Of a stretch of DNA of 64,000 bases, positions 39,710-48,747 are shown piece by piece; position 1 is the stretch's first letter, and each line of letters opens with the position of its first letter. A model generated the notes under the pieces. The model saw only the letters and a program-made list of their open reading frames with translations. It did not search any database and was not told where the DNA came from. This DNA is from Candidatus Pacearchaeota archaeon. Its GTDB lineage: Archaea; Nanobdellota; Nanobdellia; Pacearchaeales; GW2011-AR1. The translations under genes were made by a program, and so were the position numbers. The stretch covers positions 20,085 through 84,084 of the forward strand of contig JAAOYK010000051.1 in NCBI GenBank assembly GCA_018221305.1, read 5' to 3'.

Positions 39710-40528
39710 TTACTCAAGCTCTACGTAAAAGTAATAGGGTGTTATTTGCAAATCTGTTCCTTTACCATTCTCAGGTACAATCATTTGGAAATCATGGTAT
39801 TTACCATCAAATCCAGTAGTGTCTACCTCTTCAAGTAAAGATACAAAGATTGGCGTATCTGTAACCGGATCATATAGTAAAACTTCTTCGAAAAAGTTAT
39901 CCTCACTTCGATTATTTCTCCGGACATTTGTACTCAAACATTCTCCGTCTTCAAACTCTAGACTGTTAACATAAAACAAATCATGAGTCCCATTGGTTCC
40001 TTCTAAAGATCCATTTAAATCAAAAGTCTCATTAATACCATCAACATCGTCTGTTGTGATGTTATAGAAAGTTTCGATTTCACTTAAGTTCATACCATAC
40101 TGACTAGTATTACCTTTTGTAGCATTCTCATCTCCAGCAGGCTTAGATCCCGTCGCTGAAAAATTAAAGCACTGAACATACAACCAACTTAAACTATCAT
40201 TAGTTGCTGCAAAAACTTCACCTTCTGGGCTTGCTAAGGTCCAATTATACATGATGTTATCATCACTATCTGCTAACTGAACAGTACCTGAAACATTACC
40301 ATAATAGCCTTGCCACGCCGTAGTCGTAGAAAAACCAACTATTGTAATTTCAGTTACGTTTCCAGCCCAAGCACCATGAGTTTGAGCAGTATCAGGTGAT
40401 GAAGAATCTTCACTAACCTCACTTGGTGTCGCACCATAAGGCATTGCACCAAGAATAAAACTCAAGCTACTAAAACATACTATACTAATCAAGAATGTTA
40501 TTATAAACAACCTCTTAACTGACTTCAT
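39710..40528 (-). CDS. Secreted cell-surface protein, paralog of 38789-39523
   Basis: Signal peptide; WQGYYGNVSG...HDFQMIVPENG...YYFYVELE; GGAGG RBS upstream. Confidence 0.75.
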   Translation of the reverse strand: MKSVKRLFIITFLISIVCFSSLSFILGAMPYGATPSEVSEDSSSPDTAQTHGAWAGNVTEITIVGFSTTTAWQGYYGNVSGTVQLADSDDNIMYNWTLASPEGEVFAATNDSLSWLYVQCFNFSATGSKPAGDENATKGNTSQYGMNLSEIETFYNITTDDVDGINETFDLNGSLEGTNGTHDLFYVNSLEFEDGECLSTNVRRNNRSEDNFFEEVLLYDPVTDTPIFVSLLEEVDTTGFDGKYHDFQMIVPENGKGTDLQITPYYFYVELE

Positions 40529-40623
40529 ATCCTCTTTTTTCCTCCTTTCACCACTTTCTTTACTTCAAAGTTATACAAACTTTACTATAATAGTGTGTTT
40601 TTCACTTATAAATGTTTCCATTT

Positions 40624-40705
40624 TTCATTTTTGAAGTGAATTTTCATTTTTGAAAAGATCTTTCACTTTTGAAGCTGGATTTCCATTTTTGAAGTGAATT
40701 TTCAT
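40624..40705. repeat. Tandem array of TTCA-N4-TGAA palindromes with about 19-bp period (putative operator array)
   Basis: Units start at 40624, 40643, 40662, 40682 and a partial one at 40701. Confidence 0.75.
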
Positions 40706-40809
40706 AATTACACAAATTCATCATAAATGAAACCATATTATCACAATTGAAAAAATTTATAAACTTTGTTTTCCACTTAATTCTGATGAAAACCAGTTTA
40801 TAAAAAAAA

Positions 40810-41334
40810 ATGGAAGTTTTAAAAGATCTATTTGATGAAAAAATATTAGAAATTATAAACCTATTTATGGAAAATCCTGAAAAAAGATATTTCTTAAGTG
40901 ACGTTGCAAATATTACTAAGATCAATGTAACCACAACATTTAGAATTTTAAACAAGTTAGTTTCTAAAGGTTTCTTGCGCGCAACAATTGTAGGGAAAGT
41001 AAGAATATACCAATTAGAAAAAAATGAGAAAACGCGCGAACTAATAAAAATTCTAAAAAAAGAAGGATCAGCACTAGACCGTTTCGTGACAGAAGTTTCA
41101 ACCCATCCAAGAATTAAAAAAATAATACTAGAATCTAAAGATAAAAATCATGCAAAGCTAATCCTCGTCGGTGATTTCCTCCCACAATCAAAAATTAACA
41201 AAACAATCGAGGACATAAAGAGCAAAGAAAATTTTGTAATAACTTTTGTTGAAATAAACGAAAACCAATATGAGGGTCTTAGAAGTTTTAAAAATTATAA
41301 TTTAGAAAAAAAGGTTATCTGGCAAAGAAAATAA
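40810..41334 (+). CDS. Winged-helix transcriptional regulator with a degenerate nucleotidyltransferase-like C-terminal domain
   Basis: YFLSDVANITKINVTTTFRILNKLVSKGFL HTH; the C-terminal alpha/beta region lacks clear GS/DxD motifs. Confidence 0.7.
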   Translation: MEVLKDLFDEKILEIINLFMENPEKRYFLSDVANITKINVTTTFRILNKLVSKGFLRATIVGKVRIYQLEKNEKTRELIKILKKEGSALDRFVTEVSTHPRIKKIILESKDKNHAKLILVGDFLPQSKINKTIEDIKSKENFVITFVEINENQYEGLRSFKNYNLEKKVIWQRK

Positions 41335-41336
41335 TT

Positions 41337-44300
41337 TTAAAATAATTCCACATAATAAAGAACACTTTGACTATCAGTATTATTATATTCTCGAAGTTTT
41401 GCAGGAACACGTAATTCATAATCATAAGTACCGTAAGCACCAACAGAATCTGGATTAATTCTTGCAAAAAAAATCAAATCCTCTTTGTCTATAACACTAT
41501 ACTCCCCATCACTATCATCATCACTATCCCATAAAATTCCAGTCAAAAAGTTCGAACTATTTATGGATATTGCAACAGGAATATTATAAATCCACCTTCC
41601 AAAAAGAAGCATATCAGAGGTATTTTCTCCACCCAGAAAGGTAGTATTAACAGAGTCATCCATAAAACTCATGTTAAGCAGTGTATCAATATTAAGAAAA
41701 TCATTTGTAGTTGCAGCAGATTCATTATCCCTACCAATTGCTAAAAGAGACGTCCAAGATATTTGCGATTCTTGATCTGCAACCAAAAGAGACCCATTTA
41801 CAAAATAATCAGCACTCCAATTCAGCACCCTATAAGAATCATTATTAAGGAGCTGATACTCACTCCCACTATCTATCGACCCATAAAGATACTGCCAGCT
41901 TCCCACAGTAACATTAAGACTTGCCTTATTATTACTTTCATTACTTTCATCAAAGCTCCCATTAGTAGCTAATGGCGGATCAATTATAACAAAAAGCTCA
42001 TTTGTCCCAATAGTTGCACTCCAAACAACATTTGTAACATTAAATCCTCCTGCAGTTATATCTATTGATTTATCCCCATTGATCTGCACACCACCAGAAG
42101 CAGGGTCCCCATTATAAAACCTAACCACTAGCCCAGTAGAATCTGCTGCATCTAAATTGTAAACTGTAGCATTAATTAAAACAGTATCATTTTCCCTAGG
42201 AGAAGACGTGTTTACACTAATAAGACTACTATTAATCATAAAATCAGGATAACTAAGATTAAAGCCCCAAGTTTCACTAGTATTAACATTAGTTACAAAA
42301 TCATGGTCCCAGCAAGTAACATTCCAAAAATGTTCCCCAGTACCAATATCACCCACTGGCACAGGCTCAGTATGTGGAACACCACTAGTAACCCATATGC
42401 CTGGAACTTCAACACCGCCATCTACTGTCAAGTCACACTGTATAATATTGTCCAAGGCATCTGTTGCAGTCCAACGAAATATAACATTTCCATCATTATA
42501 ATCTAAAGAGGCCTTATCTCCTGGCAATACCAAATCAATATTTGGCCCTGAAACATCTGAATAAAATATCTGAGCAGTAGGCCGGTACGAATTATAATCA
42601 CTATCATTACAGTCAACAGTCCAATTATGAGCACCCTCAGACACAACAACACCTGCAAAACTGTTTTGCACATTTTTCACAGGCGCAGATTCATTATCAA
42701 CATAAATGTCATCAATATATAATTCACACTTCCTTATATCAATCGGATCATAAGGCGTATACAAAAAATTAAGAGTGGTTAAATTTATTCTCACCCCAGG
42801 CGTTGGATAATCCAAAGTAATATTTGGTGGTGCTTCGACAGTAAAATTTGCAGTATCTGACCGGTACCAATTTCCAGCAAGGTCTGTGCACTCAACAAAC
42901 CACGAATAATTCTCATCACCTAAAGGAAGCAAGGGATTCATTAAAGTATTACTTCCATTACTAATATTAAAATTTTCATACTCATTAAATCCATCAATAG
43001 TTAAATTACAATAAATCAAAGGGTCTGCTAAATTATCCATTCCAGTAAAATTAAACGTAAAATTATTATTATCAACAACTGCTCCTTGCCAAGGATAATT
43101 AAGGGTAATATTTGGATCTTGTGTATCAATATAAAACGTTAAAGGCCCGTCGCTGCCAACCAAATTTTCAATATCAGTTACATTTACAACCCAATTATAA
43201 AGTCCATCTTGCAAGTTAGTCAAACTAAAATTATTTATTTGATTATTAGTTACAAAACTAGAATTTGTTTGATTTAAAGCTCCGTTTAATATTAAAGTAG
43301 AATTTGCAATATCACCATTACCATCACTAACATTATAATAAAGTGTAACATTATTTATCTTAAACCACTGCGCATCACTGGGACTAGTTAAATTAACAAC
43401 AGGGGGTAAATATAATGTGAAGTTTCGAGTCTCACTAGAGTTTCTATTTCCAGCATCATCAATACAAGATACATTCCAAAACTTTAATCCACCAACCAAA
43501 AATGTTCGCGGGATGATAGTATCATTACCGTCCTGAGCATAAGTCCAGTTAACATCAGTACCATCAACAGTTAAATTACACATTATAGCACTATCCAAGT
43601 CATCGCTAGCAGTGTAATTAAAATTTACAAAAGTATCATAAACATTATCACCAGGTTCTGGATAATTCAAATCAATTGAGGGTTTTGCCAGATCAACAAC
43701 AAAAGTCTGGTTACCGCTACTACTGCTTAAACCAATAGTATCATTACATGATACATTCCATACATAAACCCCACTACTAAGATTAAGGTTAAATAAATTA
43801 CTTCCCCCATTTGTTATAGCAGTTTGGTTTGACTGATTATAAGAGCCGTCAATATAAAGATCACAACGCGCTAGATCACTATTATCATCTGGTTGATAAA
43901 GTAAATCAACAGAAGTTGTATTAAATGCTGCCCAATCTCCAGTAATCTGAGTTACAGTAGGATATTCAGTAACATTAACCATCCAGGTACTACTTGTATT
44001 AGTATTCCCTGCAGTATCCCAACAAGTAACATTCCAATATTTTTCACCATCAGTTAAGCTATTAATTAACCGATTAGTTAAACTCCCATTATTTCCTGCA
44101 AATCCAGGATCAACAACATTATTAACAGTCAGATTACAAGTCAGCGTCCCTAAATTTTCAGTGGCTGTAAAATTAAAGTTTATATCAGAATCTAAAGATA
44201 CATTATTGTTGCCAGGAGCATTTAAAAAAAGTTGTGGAAAAGTAGTATCAACATAAAAGTCTCGAGGAGTATCCTGATCAGTGTAGTTTGATGTATCAGT

Positions 44301-47300
44301 ACAATTAACAGTCCAGTTATACAGACCATCTGGCAAGTTGTTTACAGAAAAATTATTGATTTCACCATTAACAATAGTTGTAGCATTACTTTGATTATAT
44401 TGTCCATTAACATATAAAGAACAATTAATCAAATCATTATTGTCTGCAGGAGTGTATTGTAGCTCAACATCACTTACATTAAACCAAGTAGGATCCGGTG
44501 TAAATAAACTAACACTAGGGGGAAGATCCTGAATCGTAAAATTCCAAGTCTCACTTGTGTTAATATTATTTGCATCATCCCAACAAGTAACATTCCAGAA
44601 ATGAGTTGCAATAGATAATCCAAACACGGTTTTATTTGGATAAGTAGCATTAGATGCACTAAAATCATCAGCCCTCACCTGTCCATCAACAACTAGGTCA
44701 CAGGTTAACGGATCATCCATATTATCCCACACAGAAAAATTAAAATTAACACTGCTCGAGTTTACATTACCACCCCCCGGAGGAAAAGTTAAATTAATTT
44801 GTGGATACCCAGTATCAATATAAAAATTACGTACAGCAGAATTACCCTCTAAAGCAGTGGCATCACTACAATTAACACTCCAGTTATACAGCCCATTCTG
44901 CAAATTACTTAAAGTAAAATTATTAATTTGATTATTAACCAAAGCACTCTGATTTGTTTGATTAAAAAGACCATTAACATACAAAGAACAGTTTGCTAAC
45001 TGGTTAAGATCATCACTAACATTATAAGAAACATTTATTGTTGAAGTGTTAAGCCAGTCATTATTATCAGGATAAGTTGGAAAAACCTCTGGGGCATTGT
45101 TTCCAGAGCTAACAGTAACCTGAGTTGTTGTAGTACCATTATAATCTGAATAAACAGAGGTTGCAATACATCTAAGATTATTTATCGACGCTAAATTTCC
45201 TTGAACAGTGAAATTTGTTGACTGAGTAGTAGTTGACACGTTCCCTAAATTATGCGGATTCGTTTCCGCACCTGCCAAAATAAGATTCCCACCAGCACCA
45301 ACATTTGCCCAAGTAGTCGCAGACGTGTTGTACTGAAGATAAACATTAGTATTTAAACATAACCCAATATCGCATACAGCACTACAAGTCACATTTAAAT
45401 TCTCCCCAGTATTAATAACCTGATCAAGAACAGGCGCAGTCAAATCAACACTTAGATCTCCAAGCGAGGAAAGATTTGCAAACTCAACATAAGATAATCT
45501 GCCACTATCCCAATAATGAGTAACAGTAACATCATTACTAGCATAAATATTAATTACTAATTTTATACGATCAGTAGGAGATAAATAACGCCCAACAGAG
45601 TTAGTACAACTCCCAGTCCAAGTACCACTTACAGTACTAATTCTAGTACCAGTAGTATCATCACTTCCACTTTGACAAAGCAAAAGATCACCACTAGAAT
45701 TTGTAATATACACTTTCCAAGTCACATAACCATAGTTTTTAGTAGTCGCATCAATCTCTGCACTAAAAGACACAGTACCCCCATTCATAAATGCACCATT
45801 ATTCCCAATAAAAGGAGAAACTGCTTCGACAATAGTCTCAAAAGTTCCAGAAGAAATAGTATTTACAACATTATTTTCAGCACCATCCGCGGGATTAAAA
45901 AGATAAATATACGCAGTATCAGTCGCACTAGAGGTAAATGTTTCATACCATCTCCGAAGCCAAGTCGTATCCGGAATAGAGACATTAATTATTCGACTGC
46001 CACTAGCATTTTCATTTCCAGACGCATCAGTACAGTTAACACTCCAGTTATGAATGCCATTTTGAAGAGATGTTGAAAAATATTGAGTAACATCCTTAGC
46101 AATAGTATCATCAGTATCAAACACACCCCCATCAATTATTAAAGAACAATTTGACACGACAGACACATCACTCACATTATAAGTAAAATTTATTCCAAAA
46201 ACAGAAGTACTCACATTATTATTTAAAGGATCCATTAAATAGATAGCAGGCGCAGAAGTATCAATTGAAAAAGTTCTATTAAAAAATGCAAAAGTACATC
46301 CATTTGCATCATCACAACAGTAGACATTCCACAAATAACTACCATCTGCACTGTAACTACGATTAATAAAATTACCAGTCCCATTAATAATAGGGCTTTG
46401 ATTCACAGCACGATAAACAAACGATCCAGAAGCATTGTCATACAAGCTACAATTAATAAAATTGTCAGTAGTTGAAGGCGTATAATTAAACGTAACATTT
46501 AAACTACCAAGCCCACCGTCATCTTCAGGAGAATTTAGTGTGACACTCAAAGCACCCAAAGTCTCATAACTCACATTTAAATAAATATAATCTATTGACA
46601 AAGAAATTGCAGAACCTTGGCCAGAATTTTTAATTGCAGTCAGGTTAACTTGCATATTTTCAAGCTCACTTTCATCATGACTACTCATATCATAACTATG
46701 AACAGATTCAGTCTGATCCCCCCTACAATCTGAATCCAAACTAGACCATGACGTGCCCCCATCAACAGAATAATCAATAATACATAAACTCATTCCAGAT
46801 TCCACCATATACTCAATATACAAAGTAGCATCACTTATAATCGCACCACCTGGGACCAAACTACTATTAGCCAAATCAATTACACCTTTTGCCAAATTCC
46901 CACTCTTTGTAGTAAGACCGCCAGGATCAGATAAATAGTTATCATCACTACTAGTAACATCAGAACACGGACAAGTCGAATCCTTATTATTATCAATACA
47001 AATAGGAATATCAGTACAAGTACCAATAGCGTCAGGATCTACTGCTACAAACCAAGGACGCGCTTCACTAAAACCATTTACTTGCATTGGACCTAGTTGA
47101 TACAAATAAGGCCAGATTAGTGGAGGATAATATGAATATGAAAAGTTATCATTATCAACATCTACATCCCACTCCAAAATCTTAAACTCAACCATATCAA
47201 TAATTTTAGCATCAGTATTAAAAATTTCAAAGACTCCAGGAACATATTCACGAACATGTAAAGTTTCTTCCCCATTTAAAGCTTCAACAAAAATATTAAC

Positions 47301-48383
47301 ATCAAAAGATTCATCTTTTAATGGATCTATAACACTTTTAGTATTTCTTATAATCTCATAATCATAATTACTAGACACTAAAAAGTAACTATTAAATTCC
47401 AAATTACGATTATTAACAACAGTTTTCACACTAACACTATAATTACCATTCATTAATCCAGAAAAGCTAGCATGATACAACCCGCATTCATCACCAGTAT
47501 AAATTTCTTCAACCAAATAAATTTCATCATCAAGCTCTAATTCAAGAGAAATAGGTGCATTACAAACCCCACGACCATTTTGATCTAGTACAACGATCTC
47601 AAACTCTGCCACATCACCAATCTGATAAATACTTTTTTTTGTATTAAAACTAATTAGTCCCCAAGCAAACTCTTTTTCATAGCTTTCAGTCCAACTATCA
47701 ACCCTTAAAATATAAAACCCAGGAGAAATTTGTATATTTTTCCGCACATTAACACCAATCCCATCAGATCCCTCGCTAAGATCAATATTTACATCCACAA
47801 GCGACCCCTTACTATCATAAAGTTTTGCATCCATTTCTGGCTCAATCAAACTAACAACTTTCTTTGCAAAAGATTTTTTATCTCTTTCAATCTCAAGACT
47901 TATACTCTTCAAAGGAAGTGAGTCCTTAACATTTTCAAAGTCATCAATTTCTAATACCTTAGCCTTACCTTTAAATCCAAGATCAGGATTTACAGGCCTT
48001 GCAGTATCATTTTCCACAAAATCATCAACAAGATCATCATCATCAGAACTTGCATCAACTAAAACCAAGTTAACTACTTCAAATTCAAAAACTTCACTAA
48101 TCTCACCATAATACACCTCAATGCGATACTTACCAACCACATCAGGAACAAAAATAATATCCCCATGACCTTGCTTAATAAAAGTGTCCAAAGGCGTTAC
48201 AATCTTCATTTTGTAGCTTATTTCATCACCAAGTGCTATTTTAATTTTCTCACCAAGGTTATAACTCCCCTGAGTATCAAAAGCAGAAGTAAATAATGGA
48301 GTCAAAAGCATACAAAGGGCAACTAAAACAACTACTCCAAAAACACTTATTGCACCAATCTTAGCCATAGCATTTTCATTCAT
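41337..48383 (-). CDS. Giant secreted surface glycoprotein (2348 aa) with tandem Ig-like repeats and a CARDB-like domain
   Basis: Signal peptide; more than ten roughly 100-aa repeats (P...FNY/F...D...CxL...G.y.WNVxCxD..GN); CARDB-like INATVYN...VVRFY...ESNESNNKA; sequon-rich. Confidence 0.85.
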   Translation of the reverse strand: MNENAMAKIGAISVFGVVVLVALCMLLTPLFTSAFDTQGSYNLGEKIKIALGDEISYKMKIVTPLDTFIKQGHGDIIFVPDVVGKYRIEVYYGEISEVFEFEVVNLVLVDASSDDDDLVDDFVENDTARPVNPDLGFKGKAKVLEIDDFENVKDSLPLKSISLEIERDKKSFAKKVVSLIEPEMDAKLYDSKGSLVDVNIDLSEGSDGIGVNVRKNIQISPGFYILRVDSWTESYEKEFAWGLISFNTKKSIYQIGDVAEFEIVVLDQNGRGVCNAPISLELELDDEIYLVEEIYTGDECGLYHASFSGLMNGNYSVSVKTVVNNRNLEFNSYFLVSSNYDYEIIRNTKSVIDPLKDESFDVNIFVEALNGEETLHVREYVPGVFEIFNTDAKIIDMVEFKILEWDVDVDNDNFSYSYYPPLIWPYLYQLGPMQVNGFSEARPWFVAVDPDAIGTCTDIPICIDNNKDSTCPCSDVTSSDDNYLSDPGGLTTKSGNLAKGVIDLANSSLVPGGAIISDATLYIEYMVESGMSLCIIDYSVDGGTSWSSLDSDCRGDQTESVHSYDMSSHDESELENMQVNLTAIKNSGQGSAISLSIDYIYLNVSYETLGALSVTLNSPEDDGGLGSLNVTFNYTPSTTDNFINCSLYDNASGSFVYRAVNQSPIINGTGNFINRSYSADGSYLWNVYCCDDANGCTFAFFNRTFSIDTSAPAIYLMDPLNNNVSTSVFGINFTYNVSDVSVVSNCSLIIDGGVFDTDDTIAKDVTQYFSTSLQNGIHNWSVNCTDASGNENASGSRIINVSIPDTTWLRRWYETFTSSATDTAYIYLFNPADGAENNVVNTISSGTFETIVEAVSPFIGNNGAFMNGGTVSFSAEIDATTKNYGYVTWKVYITNSSGDLLLCQSGSDDTTGTRISTVSGTWTGSCTNSVGRYLSPTDRIKLVINIYASNDVTVTHYWDSGRLSYVEFANLSSLGDLSVDLTAPVLDQVINTGENLNVTCSAVCDIGLCLNTNVYLQYNTSATTWANVGAGGNLILAGAETNPHNLGNVSTTTQSTNFTVQGNLASINNLRCIATSVYSDYNGTTTTQVTVSSGNNAPEVFPTYPDNNDWLNTSTINVSYNVSDDLNQLANCSLYVNGLFNQTNQSALVNNQINNFTLSNLQNGLYNWSVNCSDATALEGNSAVRNFYIDTGYPQINLTFPPGGGNVNSSSVNFNFSVWDNMDDPLTCDLVVDGQVRADDFSASNATYPNKTVFGLSIATHFWNVTCWDDANNINTSETWNFTIQDLPPSVSLFTPDPTWFNVSDVELQYTPADNNDLINCSLYVNGQYNQSNATTIVNGEINNFSVNNLPDGLYNWTVNCTDTSNYTDQDTPRDFYVDTTFPQLFLNAPGNNNVSLDSDINFNFTATENLGTLTCNLTVNNVVDPGFAGNNGSLTNRLINSLTDGEKYWNVTCWDTAGNTNTSSTWMVNVTEYPTVTQITGDWAAFNTTSVDLLYQPDDNSDLARCDLYIDGSYNQSNQTAITNGGSNLFNLNLSSGVYVWNVSCNDTIGLSSSSGNQTFVVDLAKPSIDLNYPEPGDNVYDTFVNFNYTASDDLDSAIMCNLTVDGTDVNWTYAQDGNDTIIPRTFLVGGLKFWNVSCIDDAGNRNSSETRNFTLYLPPVVNLTSPSDAQWFKINNVTLYYNVSDGNGDIANSTLILNGALNQTNSSFVTNNQINNFSLTNLQDGLYNWVVNVTDIENLVGSDGPLTFYIDTQDPNITLNYPWQGAVVDNNNFTFNFTGMDNLADPLIYCNLTIDGFNEYENFNISNGSNTLMNPLLPLGDENYSWFVECTDLAGNWYRSDTANFTVEAPPNITLDYPTPGVRINLTTLNFLYTPYDPIDIRKCELYIDDIYVDNESAPVKNVQNSFAGVVVSEGAHNWTVDCNDSDYNSYRPTAQIFYSDVSGPNIDLVLPGDKASLDYNDGNVIFRWTATDALDNIIQCDLTVDGGVEVPGIWVTSGVPHTEPVPVGDIGTGEHFWNVTCWDHDFVTNVNTSETWGFNLSYPDFMINSSLISVNTSSPRENDTVLINATVYNLDAADSTGLVVRFYNGDPASGGVQINGDKSIDITAGGFNVTNVVWSATIGTNELFVIIDPPLATNGSFDESNESNNKASLNVTVGSWQYLYGSIDSGSEYQLLNNDSYRVLNWSADYFVNGSLLVADQESQISWTSLLAIGRDNESAATTNDFLNIDTLLNMSFMDDSVNTTFLGGENTSDMLLFGRWIYNIPVAISINSSNFLTGILWDSDDDSDGEYSVIDKEDLIFFARINPDSVGAYGTYDYELRVPAKLREYNNTDSQSVLYYVELF

Positions 48384-48546
48384 TTTTTGCCCCCTTAGAA
48401 GTTTTATTTTCTAATTCCTGCTCTCCAAGACATTTTATGGCATCCTCTACAACATGAGATTTATTACGGTATTTACCTTTTTCAATAAGCTCGTTAATAA
48501 TCTCTATAGTTTCTTTATCAAATGTAAAACTGGCTCGCTCTTTCAT
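48376..48546 (-). CDS. Ribbon-helix-helix (CopG/MetJ-like) DNA-binding protein, 56 aa
   Basis: Not in the ORF track. MKERASFTFDKETIEIINELIEKGKYRNKSHVVEDAIKCL...; stop overlaps the start of the giant gene; GAGG RBS upstream. Confidence 0.8.
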   Translation of the reverse strand: MKERASFTFDKETIEIINELIEKGKYRNKSHVVEDAIKCLGEQELENKTSKGAKNE

Positions 48547-48587
48547 GTTTTCCTCTTTTTCATTATAAATAATACATCATTTAAAAA

Positions 48588-48623
48588 TATTACTGAGTAT
48601 TACTAAATATTACAAAGTATTAC
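48588..48623. promoter_or_regulatory. Four TATTAC repeats at exact 10-bp period upstream of the RHH gene
   Basis: tattac at 48588, 48598, 48608 and 48618. Confidence 0.65.
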
Positions 48624-48747
48624 GATTTTTAAACCTACCGATTAAAAAAGTGACGCACGACTCAAATCAACAAAGCAAGGTTCAAAAACACGCACAAAGC
48701 CTTAACCAAAATTTACAAGATAAAATAAAATCCCCTAACTTTCAGGG

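Noticed and set aside
40624..40705. Possible CRISPR mini-array
   Set aside because: The repeat core is only about 12 bp with 7-8 bp between units, far too short for repeat-spacer structure, and no cas genes are present.
40644..40955. 103-aa minus-strand ORF
   Set aside because: It overlaps the wHTH gene antisense and reads through the repeat array, with no protein-like features.
42000..46560. DNA repeat or mobile element within the giant gene
   Set aside because: The similarity reflects diverged in-frame Ig-like protein repeats, with no terminal repeats or transposase.
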